64,000 bases of DNA from an uncultured virus (IMG/VR IMGVR_UViG_3300025132_006659) (Duplodnaviria; Heunggongvirae; Uroviricota; Caudoviricetes), in IMG/VR virus record IMGVR_UViG_3300025132_006659. The stretch is one strand, 5' to 3'. The translations under genes were made by a program, and so were the position numbers. Positions 8,355 through 17,735 of this stretch are shown piece after piece. The notes beneath the pieces were generated by a model. The model searched no databases, was not told the origin of the DNA, and worked only from the letters and a program-made list of their open reading frames with translations. Within the stretch, counting starts at the first letter, position 1, and each line of letters begins with the position of its first letter.

Positions 8355-8678
8355 TCATGGTTTATCAAGTTTGTATTTGAATTCATTAGTAGTTAGCCAC
8401 AATTCTATCTTACTGATGATTGTGGCGGAAGCTGTTATTTCATAATATTGAATACGATTTTTATAGTCTGGTGTTGTTTCAAAATCAAACTTTTTTCTTG
8501 TCTGTTCTCTGAGATCGTAAATGTAATTCCAAAATTCAAATTCTTTTATAGAATCGTCAAAATCAACAGGCACTACTATTTTTTTCTTCCTCGACAGGAC
8601 TCTTCTATAAACACGTGATTTGGTAGGCTCACCAGCCGGCTCATCGTCAATTACTCTGTGTGGCTCATTGTCATTCAT
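8355..8678 (-). CDS. hypothetical protein
   Basis: ORF track; CTATTTA element at 8693-8699 upstream. Confidence 0.65.
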   Translation of the reverse strand: MNDNEPHRVIDDEPAGEPTKSRVYRRVLSRKKKIVVPVDFDDSIKEFEFWNYIYDLREQTRKKFDFETTPDYKNRIQYYEITASATIISKIELWLTTNEFKYKLDKP

Positions 8679-8702
8679 TATAAACCCTAATGTAAATAGA
8701 AT

Positions 8703-10562
8703 CTAAAATTCTAATTCGCAAGAGCCACCGGCACACGCAATCTCACCAGACAAGTCAGTGTTGTCCTCCTTTTCTATCACCTTGTTCAAATCAATGTTTA
8801 CTAATGCTTTCATCATTTGATTATAGTCCTCTTCAGAACAGTCCTCAAAGGGGGCTTGTTTGTAAGTGTGATCCGAGAATGGCAAAATTGAAAGACCATT
8901 ATAATGCTTTCTATTATTCCACATCCATTCCCCGACAATAACCCACTCATCTGGTTTCACGGTAATTGTGGCGGAAACATTATTAGTGTTTTGTCCTTTT
9001 CTATGGCCGTTAGCGACCCATTCAGTTGCCACCTTCTTCACTCTCTCCAGCAAATCCAATGCCGATTCTGCTCTCGTAATTGCATCATTTGGAGCCTTTT
9101 GCGGCACTGATATAACAGCGGTGTCATGTGGCCTAAAAAACTCATTTTCGACTAATTCTGGATGGTTATCGGCTATATAAGAATAGATCGCTTCATTTTT
9201 TCCAACCCTGATCCTGCGTATGTAGTGATCATTGTGCCACGCATGAATTCCACTTGACGTACCTAATACAAGTGAGGTGGTGCCGGCAGGCTTCGTTGTG
9301 GTGCAGCGAGAGGCCGGTCCTATCCCAATCAATTTTGCAATTCTAGCATTCTCTTCTTTGACAGCGAGGGCTGCGGCTTGCATATCTAGCTCTAAAACAT
9401 TGCCGGATGCTATTCCGGTCATCGATACACCAATCAGATAATCCTTTTCAGTGTTTCGTTGCCAGACTGGTCTCAGATAATGAAAATCAGTATATGAGGC
9501 TTGCAAGGTTCCAATAAGAGAGGCTGCTCGTGCCCTAACTTCGTACTCTTCTTGAGTATCCACGTCGCTAACGTTTATTTCAGTTAAATTGCAGAATTGA
9601 AATGGTCTTAGGCTAATTTCGCAACATGGATTGCATCCATATTCCTTATCATTAGTAAAGTAGAATCCGGGCTCTCCTGCACCTGATGCTTTGACTCTTT
9701 CCCATAACTTTAAAAAATCATTCTTCTTTATTCTATGTCTCATTATGACAACTGAATTGTTTGCTCTTCCTCTTTGTGGGTTCTTCTCCCACCAATTTCC
9801 GGTCTTGGCTGCTAACATCTCTTCATCATCAATAGAAAATAGTGAAATTAGGGCTGCTCGTCTTATACCGCCGGCCAACACAGCATCTGCTATGTGACAG
9901 ATAATATCGTGAACCTCTATTGTGGTAAGTTTGTCACCGTTCTCTTTGCTCTCTAAGATGCCCTCTACTTTTATGAGGCATTCTTTAAGTGGCTGAGGTC
10001 CGGGAGCTTTGCCACCGGATGTTACAAGCCTCTCGCCCTTCGCTCTAATATCAGAAAAATCAAATCTAAGTTTACTGGTGCCTTTGAAGTAAGATTTCAC
10101 CAAAGCAGAAACCGCATCAGACCATCCTTCTATTGAATCACCAATAAGAAATCTACGGGCTCTCTTGATGTTTGGTCTTAAGATAGAAGGTAGTTTTTCA
10201 ACATGATGACGCTGAACAGAATAGCCAACGCCAGTCCCTCCAAGAAGCAACAACATTATTTCGCCAAACACCCTGTGGTCATCAATGGGTGCATAGGCAC
10301 AATTAAAGATTCTATTTGGGCTGATCTCGATTGGTTTACCGGCAAACTGCATTGAGCGCATAGAGGGTAAAACTTTCTTTTCATATACAAACCTATATGC
10401 ATCCTCAATCTCGGAAACAAGCTCCGGAAATTTTTTGAGATGCATCGATTTATTTCGAGTTACCAATTCTTCCCAATTCTCTCTTCTATTTTTCTCTGGT
10501 AAAAATCTTGCGTACTTCATGTGTACTGTTATATCTGATAAAATTTTATTTGCTACGCTCAT
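8703..10562 (-). CDS. nrdJ: class II (adenosylcobalamin-dependent) ribonucleotide reductase
   Basis: PSMRSMQFAG, FNCAY, GGTGVG, CNPCCEI, KPAGT and a C-terminal CAGGSC redox pair; no beta subunit nearby. Confidence 0.9.
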   Translation of the reverse strand: MSVANKILSDITVHMKYARFLPEKNRRENWEELVTRNKSMHLKKFPELVSEIEDAYRFVYEKKVLPSMRSMQFAGKPIEISPNRIFNCAYAPIDDHRVFGEIMLLLLGGTGVGYSVQRHHVEKLPSILRPNIKRARRFLIGDSIEGWSDAVSALVKSYFKGTSKLRFDFSDIRAKGERLVTSGGKAPGPQPLKECLIKVEGILESKENGDKLTTIEVHDIICHIADAVLAGGIRRAALISLFSIDDEEMLAAKTGNWWEKNPQRGRANNSVVIMRHRIKKNDFLKLWERVKASGAGEPGFYFTNDKEYGCNPCCEISLRPFQFCNLTEINVSDVDTQEEYEVRARAASLIGTLQASYTDFHYLRPVWQRNTEKDYLIGVSMTGIASGNVLELDMQAAALAVKEENARIAKLIGIGPASRCTTTKPAGTTSLVLGTSSGIHAWHNDHYIRRIRVGKNEAIYSYIADNHPELVENEFFRPHDTAVISVPQKAPNDAITRAESALDLLERVKKVATEWVANGHRKGQNTNNVSATITVKPDEWVIVGEWMWNNRKHYNGLSILPFSDHTYKQAPFEDCSEEDYNQMMKALVNIDLNKVIEKEDNTDLSGEIACAGGSCELEF

Positions 10563-10572
10563 ATGTTTCCTC

Positions 10573-11931
10573 CTATTTACCCCTTGATTGTGCGTATTTC
10601 TCTCTTAGAAATTTCATGTTGTCTTTAGATGACATTTCAGGCTTTGATTCTTCATGATCGGTCTTTTCTAGAACTTTCATACTAACGTTTGACCAATCCG
10701 CAAAGATCGGAAAAACCAAGCCATCCGGACCATTACGATTTTTTGCTATAAACACCCGACCCGTATTTGATTGTCTGTCCTGCGGAGTCCTTGACAATGA
10801 AAAGATAAAATCTGCCACAAAACACTTACTGAAGGCTTCTGAGATAGACTCCATGGTTATTACCTCTGCGCTTAGTCCGCCACGATTTGTCTGACTAGCA
10901 GTTATTACAGTGCACTTCTCTTGCTGTGCTATACCACGTAACTCTTCATAAATACTTTCCAATTCATGCCTCTTTTCGCCTTGCGATTTAACTGGTTTTA
11001 ACAAATCGGCGTAGTCAACAATCACCATATCAGGATTGATTCCACGTTTCTTCAATCTTTCTATATGACTTCTGATGGTCTGGGTTGAAGCTGACTTGCT
11101 TGGATATTCCTTAATAATTAGATGACCATCAATTTCCTCTATCTTTTTCTGGACATTAAATTTATTTCTCAAAAGGTCATTGAGTTTTATACCAGTAAGG
11201 CATGCATCAAACCTCTGTCCTACAACGGTCTCTGCTAATTCTAGCGTATAGTAAACAACAGTTTTCTTTTCCTTCAAAGCCGTGGCTCCCAAGTGTACCA
11301 AGACCATTGATTTACCAGCGCCAGTTGGAGCAATTACGACCCCCAATTCCTGTTCACCGAAGCCGCCCTGCGTGATCTCATCAAATCTAGACCAACCAGT
11401 TGTAATCGGGTTTCTAGCCTTTATCTTATAGCGGTCATCGATATCCATATGATAATCATGGCCAAAGTCTATGTTTGTGCCCAACTTCATTGCCTCTTCG
11501 ATTACTTTCTGTATTTCCTCGAATGAAGATGACTTCAACAACTTCACAGATTGGATCATCGCCTTCTTGAGAACTTGCTTTCTACAAAAATCGATCGCAT
11601 GATCTTTGATAAACTCAGAACTTTCTATCTCATGATTGTTTATCACTTTAGAGTAGAATTGTGTGATTTGCTTCTTTAGCGCTTCTGTGTAGTTGCCAAC
11701 TTCCGATGTAATGATAGTTGCCATTGTTTCATATGATGGATGCTTTCTATACTTATCTCTGTAATCTAAAAGCATGTTTGTAAAGATTCTAAGATGTTCG
11801 TACTGAACAAACTCTACATCTAGAACTTCACTAATTTGGTCGCAAAATGCCCTGTCCTGAAGCATTAAGTGACACAGGTCTTCCTGAAAGCTCTTACCGA
11901 ACTTTTGAAATGTTTCTTGTTTAAAATCCAT
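10573..11931 (-). CDS. DnaB/gp41-like replicative helicase
   Basis: Walker A APTGAGKS, VIVDYADLL, TASQTNR and KNRNG motifs. Confidence 0.92.
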   Translation of the reverse strand: MDFKQETFQKFGKSFQEDLCHLMLQDRAFCDQISEVLDVEFVQYEHLRIFTNMLLDYRDKYRKHPSYETMATIITSEVGNYTEALKKQITQFYSKVINNHEIESSEFIKDHAIDFCRKQVLKKAMIQSVKLLKSSSFEEIQKVIEEAMKLGTNIDFGHDYHMDIDDRYKIKARNPITTGWSRFDEITQGGFGEQELGVVIAPTGAGKSMVLVHLGATALKEKKTVVYYTLELAETVVGQRFDACLTGIKLNDLLRNKFNVQKKIEEIDGHLIIKEYPSKSASTQTIRSHIERLKKRGINPDMVIVDYADLLKPVKSQGEKRHELESIYEELRGIAQQEKCTVITASQTNRGGLSAEVITMESISEAFSKCFVADFIFSLSRTPQDRQSNTGRVFIAKNRNGPDGLVFPIFADWSNVSMKVLEKTDHEESKPEMSSKDNMKFLREKYAQSRGK

Positions 11932-11949
11932 GGTGTCCTCCGTTTCTAA

Positions 11950-12930
11950 CTATGGTTTTATATTTTTAAAAGCAGCCCACAAATCCGATAAATTTAGCTG
12001 CCCTTGCCCATCTGATATGAGCATTTTTTGTATCTCCAACTTATCAAACCCATACTCAAAGTTGTCTATGGTAAAATCAATGCCCCTCCTCCCATTGAAT
12101 GATATATTTGATTCATATAATTGCATTATCTTATAATTACTCTTAACACGTTCTTGATATTCTAGCAACTTTTTATGACAATTTTTTTGTTTTATTTGCA
12201 TTTTACAATAAACAAACAGTTCGTCACAAGACAGTTGCTTCTCGTTCTCCAAAATAGGAAAATTAGTCTTGATTGTTTTCATCCCAATCCTTGGGACTCC
12301 TTCTAAATTATCAGATTTGTCTCCGTCAATGGCTCTAGCCAGTGCATAATTGTTTGGGTGAATCCCAAACTTATTGACAAGTGTTATTCTGTCTACGAAC
12401 ACTTTCTGAATTGGTCTCCAGATCATAACGTTATCATCTCCAACCAACTGATAGAAATCTTTGTCAGATGAGATAATAATTTTTTGCCAGTCTTTATACT
12501 TCTTACTTTTTGTCACATAAGCTATAACATCATCTGCTTCTACAAAATCAACCATCAATTGGATTACCGGCATACTGTTCAGGTACTCATGCAATCTTAG
12601 TTGTTGATCTGCTCTGTTCTTTTTTACTTGGTCTTCTGGCAACTCAATCATTCTGCGGTTGAATCTAACAGGCCTACGACCTTGCTTGTATTCCTTGTTG
12701 AGTTGTCTTCTCTTTTCTGATCCTCCATGGCCATCCCAGCAAATAATCACTTCATGTGGCTTCATCTCACGACAAAGAACTTGCAGCGATTTTAAAAAGC
12801 CTATGGTTCCACCGTTTGGTAAACCCTGTGGGTTCATGCTGGGTATGATTGTGTATGATCTTAAAAACATATTGAGGGCATCTATTATTAGAACCCTTTT
12901 TTGGTTTGGTATTTTTGTTGTTGGTCTCAT
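11950..12930 (-). CDS. 5'-3' exonuclease / flap endonuclease (T4 RNase H-like)
   Basis: IIDALN, YKQGR, EADDVI, SSDKDFYQL and GDKSDNLEGVPRIG motifs. Confidence 0.92.
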   Translation of the reverse strand: MRPTTKIPNQKRVLIIDALNMFLRSYTIIPSMNPQGLPNGGTIGFLKSLQVLCREMKPHEVIICWDGHGGSEKRRQLNKEYKQGRRPVRFNRRMIELPEDQVKKNRADQQLRLHEYLNSMPVIQLMVDFVEADDVIAYVTKSKKYKDWQKIIISSDKDFYQLVGDDNVMIWRPIQKVFVDRITLVNKFGIHPNNYALARAIDGDKSDNLEGVPRIGMKTIKTNFPILENEKQLSCDELFVYCKMQIKQKNCHKKLLEYQERVKSNYKIMQLYESNISFNGRRGIDFTIDNFEYGFDKLEIQKMLISDGQGQLNLSDLWAAFKNIKP

Positions 12931-12947
12931 TTATCCTCCGTTTAATT

Positions 12948-12976
12948 ACTATAGCATGTTGGTCTCCATTTGTCAA
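12948..12976 (-). promoter_or_regulatory. sigma70-type promoter for the exonuclease-helicase-RNR operon
   Basis: TTGACA (12971-12976), 17 nt, TATAGT (12948-12953). Confidence 0.85.
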
Positions 12977-12977
12977 G

Positions 12978-13007
12978 AAAAAAGCCCCCGATTTTTCAAC
13001 CGGGGGC
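12978..13007 (-). terminator. intrinsic terminator after recA
   Basis: GCCCCCG/CGGGGGC stem followed by a T6 run on the minus strand. Confidence 0.8.
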
Positions 13008-13036
13008 CAAAGGAGAACAACTACGTCTAAACAAAA

Positions 13037-14116
13037 CTACGATTTGTATTTTTCTACCATGACTTCATTTAGCAAATCGATCACGGCACTTCGAAATGTT
13101 TCATCTTTTAGCTTCTCTTTCCATTGTTTTGACTGAAATTTCATTGGTTTTCCTTCTTTTGGTGTAAGGGTATACCAAGCACCGGCGGAAGAGAAATTGG
13201 GCGTTTTTGAGCGTTTTAGAATCTCTAACCAAGATTCTTCATCTCGGATGCCAATCTCATTACCCCAAATAATTTTGAACTCGCAGTCACGACCTTCAGA
13301 ACCGAAGCGTGATTTTTTGATAAAACACCGAACATGAGAACCAATTCTTGTACCGTCTTCATCAATCGCAAAGCTAGCCTTCGACTTGCGCTTTGTCAGC
13401 CAGATTCTAAGTGAACTGAAATATTCAATTGCTTTTCCTCCGGGTGCAATGTAAGGCTCAACAAGAGACATCATTGGATTTGATGAAATGTTGGTTTTCA
13501 ATTGGTTAATCATGAGGAGCGTTGATTCAGTATTCGCCAAGGGAATCGTAAGTTTGGGAAATGCTTTCGAAAAAATTCTTGGCTTGACAGCCATAGAAGA
13601 TTGTGGGTTGAAATCACCTTCCAAATCTTTCTCGGACGGAGTGGCAGCTACACTGTCCCAGATGAACAGAACACGGGCTTCACCATACTCAGTCATTACA
13701 TATTCCATTGTATTGAGCACATTCTCAACGCTCGTGGCTTGATAATAAAGAAGTTGGTCTTTTGAACAACCCGCCCTCTCTAAAAACTCAGGGTCTATAG
13801 CAGACTCTGCATCAAAGTAAACAACGAACATTCCTTTCTTTTGAGCATTCGCTGCGATCTGTGCTGCCATGAATGATTTACCAGAACCGGACAAGCCGGC
13901 CAGTTCGGTAATCTTTCCAACAGGGATTCCTGCTTCTTGGCCCGGACTTACAATCAAGTCAAGCCATTTCGATCCAGTCGGAATCCAGTCCTTTACGGAC
14001 ACCGGATCTGATTGGGAAAGGTCATGAGCGACATTCATTCCCATCTTCTTGTTGATCTTTTTTGCAAGATCAGCAACATTTATTTTTCCAGTTTTCATCT
14101 TTAGTAGTTCTCCCAT
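13037..14116 (-). CDS. recA: RecA/UvsX recombinase
   Basis: IPTGS, GIPVGKITELAGLSGSGKS (Walker A), DAE, WDSVA, INQL, PGGKAI motifs. Confidence 0.92.
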   Translation of the reverse strand: MGELLKMKTGKINVADLAKKINKKMGMNVAHDLSQSDPVSVKDWIPTGSKWLDLIVSPGQEAGIPVGKITELAGLSGSGKSFMAAQIAANAQKKGMFVVYFDAESAIDPEFLERAGCSKDQLLYYQATSVENVLNTMEYVMTEYGEARVLFIWDSVAATPSEKDLEGDFNPQSSMAVKPRIFSKAFPKLTIPLANTESTLLMINQLKTNISSNPMMSLVEPYIAPGGKAIEYFSSLRIWLTKRKSKASFAIDEDGTRIGSHVRCFIKKSRFGSEGRDCEFKIIWGNEIGIRDEESWLEILKRSKTPNFSSAGAWYTLTPKEGKPMKFQSKQWKEKLKDETFRSAVIDLLNEVMVEKYKS

Positions 14117-15348
14117 TACTTACCCGCCTCTGGTCCTTTAATAAAGACATCAGTTTTTTCCAATATGTTCCAATGCTCGATAAATTCAGACAATAGCATT
14201 TGCCTATCAGACTTCAGATGCGTTCTATTTTTTCTTGCATGAAAATAACCAGTTGGTTTCCAATTAGTAAGTTCGCCTCTGAGGTGTCTTTGTTCATCTT
14301 GTACCATTTTGGATTTACTTTCCGTCGTCAAAGATGTAATTCGCTTATCGACATGGAGCTTGAACTGATAGGGCTTTGTTAAAACATACCCTAATTTTGT
14401 GAAATGTCTAAGAGAGAGGCAAAACAACCAAAAATTAGGTTTTCCATATTTCAACTGGTCTTTTCTAAACGCCTTGTTCATGCTATCAAACAGATAATTT
14501 ATATCGGTCTCCAATATAGTCTTGTCATATCGCTGGTCCAATTGATCTGTTCCAATGCCGGCTTCATAGTATGATGTCAAATCGGCTTGGCCCAAATCGC
14601 TATCTTTTTCGAGACAAAGCGCTATCTTTGATGCTAATTCACGATCGCCCATTCTCATAATGGATTTATCATCAAGAATCATTCCAAACATATTACTATA
14701 TTTATTAGATATGCTTCGAGACCATTTTGCTATTGGTGTAAACATTCCATTTCTTTTTTCTTGCTCAACCAACGGTAAGCCACATTGCAGTCTTTGAAAG
14801 ATTGTTGAAAGATCCTGATAGACCTTGTCAGTAATAAAGGTAACGTTAACAAATCGATTATTCAGTATCTCAGATCTCATCTGAGGTAACATATCTTTGA
14901 AATAAACGTTTTCAAGCGGCGGATGAATGTTGTCTGCTGAGTCTATAAGCTCTTGTGTATGCACAGTGTATTCATTCAAGATAAATGATACAATTGCGTT
15001 AACACGGTTCTGGCCGTCAACACTGATATATTCATAGTTCTTGGATAACAAATTGCTGTAGTATTTGATAGATGGCTTGTCGCCAATGTTTTTAGAATAA
15101 GATAAGCATTTTCTAATGTCAACAATTACCATTGTTGTAAGTGCCATCTTGCCAAGCAGGGAATCAATATATAGTCTTTTTTCCTTATTGCTCCAACAGG
15201 CTTTTCTTTGAAAAGATTCGCAAACATATTGCTTTGCTTTGAACGGGTTTTTTGCCTTTCTTTCGATGAGAGTTGCAAACTCCGTTGGAATTTCCCTAGT
15301 TGAACAGTCAGTTAATAACTTTCTAATAGAGATTGTTTCATTACTCAT
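14116..15348 (-). CDS. DUF262 (ParB/GmrS-like) domain protein
   Basis: FQRKACW, YIDSLL, VDGQNR and FQRLQCGLPL...EKRN match the DUF262 QR / DGQQR / FxxxN motifs; ATG 15348 behind AGGAG. Confidence 0.75.
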   Translation of the reverse strand: MSNETISIRKLLTDCSTREIPTEFATLIERKAKNPFKAKQYVCESFQRKACWSNKEKRLYIDSLLGKMALTTMVIVDIRKCLSYSKNIGDKPSIKYYSNLLSKNYEYISVDGQNRVNAIVSFILNEYTVHTQELIDSADNIHPPLENVYFKDMLPQMRSEILNNRFVNVTFITDKVYQDLSTIFQRLQCGLPLVEQEKRNGMFTPIAKWSRSISNKYSNMFGMILDDKSIMRMGDRELASKIALCLEKDSDLGQADLTSYYEAGIGTDQLDQRYDKTILETDINYLFDSMNKAFRKDQLKYGKPNFWLFCLSLRHFTKLGYVLTKPYQFKLHVDKRITSLTTESKSKMVQDEQRHLRGELTNWKPTGYFHARKNRTHLKSDRQMLLSEFIEHWNILEKTDVFIKGPEAGK

Positions 15349-15548
15349 AAAATCTCCTATTTTGTTGAGTTTGGATGCATATAGCATTTTCCAGTTTTAT
15401 CGTGTGGGCTCCACGAACACCAACGGTGTCAAAGTCATTTGGCCAGCATTACCTGTTTCCACTCACGCCACGTGGAGGCAGACTTATTGTGAGCAATGCC
15501 CCGATTTTAAGTGCGGGGCCAACACTTTCCCATTTACACTGATCCTTG

Positions 15549-16313
15549 TTACATATCTTTATTCATAAAGTTTTTCAATGCATCATCAACAGTTGACTTC
15601 TTGTTGTAGCGCTCAGATTCTCTGGAGAGACTCTCGGAGGTAACATCGGAGGATAGGTATTCATCCAGCAACGCTTGGACATCGGAAGTTGTGTGTCGCT
15701 GGAATAAGGTCTCAATCTCAGGAATCGAGCTAATAAGTTCATCACAATCAGCTACATCATCATCACACAGTACAGAAGGTCTGCGACGAGGTTTCAAGGC
15801 AGTCTTGGGAAATGATCCGGGAGTTCCGGGAACTGTGTAGGTAAGTACAATATCAGTTCCGGTCTCAGGGTGTGTAAGATCACCGTAGTCTGGATCAAGG
15901 ACATAGGATAGTAAGGTCTCATATGCGGTTTTGCCATAAGCCCAAACTCTTACACCTTTGCTCTCTTCGCCACGAACAATTATCGGGGAATAGTATCGCT
16001 TTCGAGCAAATAGCTTTTTAGCCTCTCGCTTTGAGGTATCATCATTCTTTTCTACGCCTTCACGCCATAACTTTGACGCAAAGTCGCAGATTGGGCAATC
16101 TTCACCATAATTGCGCTTGGGACAAAGAATTCCGGGATTCTTACCGACATTGTAGTGGAAGTGGAATTCTTTGAAAGGGTCTCCATCCGCTGCGGGAAGG
16201 ATACGTACAGTTTGGTCGCCTTCGCTAGGGCGCCATTTGGTATTATCTTGTTCTTTACCGTTGTTTTGAGAAACTCCAAGTTTCTTTCTCATTAAATCTA
16301 AATTTATAGCCAT
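15549..16313 (-). CDS. single-stranded DNA-binding protein (gp32-like)
   Basis: VRILP...FHY...CPK...CPICD zinc motif, acidic C-terminus, position among replication genes. Confidence 0.8.
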   Translation of the reverse strand: MAINLDLMRKKLGVSQNNGKEQDNTKWRPSEGDQTVRILPAADGDPFKEFHFHYNVGKNPGILCPKRNYGEDCPICDFASKLWREGVEKNDDTSKREAKKLFARKRYYSPIIVRGEESKGVRVWAYGKTAYETLLSYVLDPDYGDLTHPETGTDIVLTYTVPGTPGSFPKTALKPRRRPSVLCDDDVADCDELISSIPEIETLFQRHTTSDVQALLDEYLSSDVTSESLSRESERYNKKSTVDDALKNFMNKDM

Positions 16314-16408
16314 GTTTATCTCCTTTGTTTAGCTAAGTTTTTTGTCTATGCAGACTAGAGTCAGGGGGAAATTTTCCCCCCGCTATTTGTAGTGTAACCG
16401 GTTATTGA

Positions 16409-16663
16409 CTAGCTGTCAAATGAAAATTGAATATTTTCTTTGACGATTTGGCCAACTTGGGTTGAATGGTTGAAGCGGCGAAATGCACGTAACTTTGTGT
16501 CATAAACGACTTCAGTTTTTCCATCACGAGACATCTGTGATTTACGCTGATTGGTGGAAAAATGCGTATAAGGCAAGTCTTCCGGCTTAATAAAACTCAT
16601 TGTACGTTGAGTACCATCAGCTTTTGTAAAAGTTCCAGTGTATTGTGTGTAAGTGTTAGACAT
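16409..16663 (-). CDS. small SH3-like (WYL_2/DUF2693-type) protein
   Basis: FTKADGTQRTM...VYDTKLRAFRRF pattern; GGAGG SD. Confidence 0.65.
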   Translation of the reverse strand: MSNTYTQYTGTFTKADGTQRTMSFIKPEDLPYTHFSTNQRKSQMSRDGKTEVVYDTKLRAFRRFNHSTQVGQIVKENIQFSFDS

Positions 16664-16791
16664 ATAACCTCCGTTTTGTGAATGTCTTTTCGTAAGTGTT
16701 TTCTTATAGTGGATGAATAGATTGTGATCGAAGGGTTTGTGTGATGATCAACAATGACTCAACTCGTTACAAGTTTTGTGCTTACTTATAT

Positions 16792-16820
16792 ATTATAACA
16801 TGTTTGCTATAACTTGTCAA
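16792..16820 (-). promoter_or_regulatory. consensus sigma70-type promoter
   Basis: TTGACA (16815-16820), 17 nt, TATAAT (16792-16797). Confidence 0.9.
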
Positions 16821-16890
16821 GAAAAAAGTTGAAGTTTTTTTTCTTGGTGTTTGTAATTTTTTTTTAGGAGCTTTTCTTGCTCACCTTTAT

Positions 16891-16919
16891 ACTATAACCT
16901 ATTGGGAATATCTTGTCAA
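16891..16919 (-). promoter_or_regulatory. second, tandem sigma70-type promoter
   Basis: TTGACA (16914-16919), 17 nt, TATAGT (16891-16896). Confidence 0.85.
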
Positions 16920-16928
16920 GAAATTTTT

Positions 16929-17735
16929 TTATTTTTTTTCTTGAATGTAATGAGTAAGTTTCAAAGAGTAAAAAAATGATTGGCTATGTTCTGATGGATA
17001 GATAACAAATGATGATATGATTTTTTCATTTTCATCTTTTTGAATTCTTTCTTTTATCAGACGAAGCAAATCTTTATTTTTATCTAACTGATTTTTGCTT
17101 ACACTATAAAGATAACATGCCTCAGTAATGTTGTCAAGTAAAAAGAATAAGTTTTCTTCATTTTTTTTGAAGTTGCCCACTGATAGGGTGCAAATTCTAG
17201 AAATTTCTTTTGATTCGTGGTTTGATCCCATTACTGGTTCTTGGTTATTGAGCCACTGTACTGTTTCAATAGCATTTGCAATTTGCTTATTTATACCTTT
17301 GTATAATCTATTGAGTGGTTGGTCTCCGATCATAGCAACCACCTCTTTATTTGAGAACAAATACATCCTGTTTAAAAGACCAGACCTTGTAAACTCTTGC
17401 AAAACATTGTAACAAACTTTGTTTCGCAACACCTGTTTTGTGTTACATAATGTTACATCCGGATAGATGTATATAATGTTTATTTTTTTATGCTTGATTG
17501 TCTCCATTACTCGTAATGCACAACCAGAAACTTTTCCTGCGCCGCACAATGCAACCCAGCATTCGTCTTCATCAAAACTCAAACGATCACTAAAATCAGG
17601 ACAATGCGTTTCGTAGTCTTCTGTTTTCTGACAACTGCTTGGGAAGTCATCTTTTGTTATTGTAATTTTTTTATGGTGCTTTGCAAATGAATTTACTAAA
17701 TTTGTTCCAGCACCTCCGATTCCTATTAAGACCAT
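16929..17735 (-). CDS. divergent tubulin/FtsZ-superfamily protein
   Basis: IGIGGAGTNLV N-terminal motif; GAGKVSG where GGGTGSG is expected; FSN...INKQIANAI region. Confidence 0.65.
   Translation of the reverse strand: MVLIGIGGAGTNLVNSFAKHHKKITITKDDFPSSCQKTEDYETHCPDFSDRLSFDEDECWVALCGAGKVSGCALRVMETIKHKKINIIYIYPDVTLCNTKQVLRNKVCYNVLQEFTRSGLLNRMYLFSNKEVVAMIGDQPLNRLYKGINKQIANAIETVQWLNNQEPVMGSNHESKEISRICTLSVGNFKKNEENLFFLLDNITEACYLYSVSKNQLDKNKDLLRLIKERIQKDENEKIISSFVIYPSEHSQSFFYSLKLTHYIQEKK

Noticed and set aside
15470..15535. Cobalamin riboswitch (GGGAA...GCCCCGCAC...CTGCC) upstream of genes leading to nrdJ
   Set aside because: Only fragments match; the T-loop arm between GGGAA and CCCGC and a proper B12 box are missing, and nrdJ has a nearer promoter
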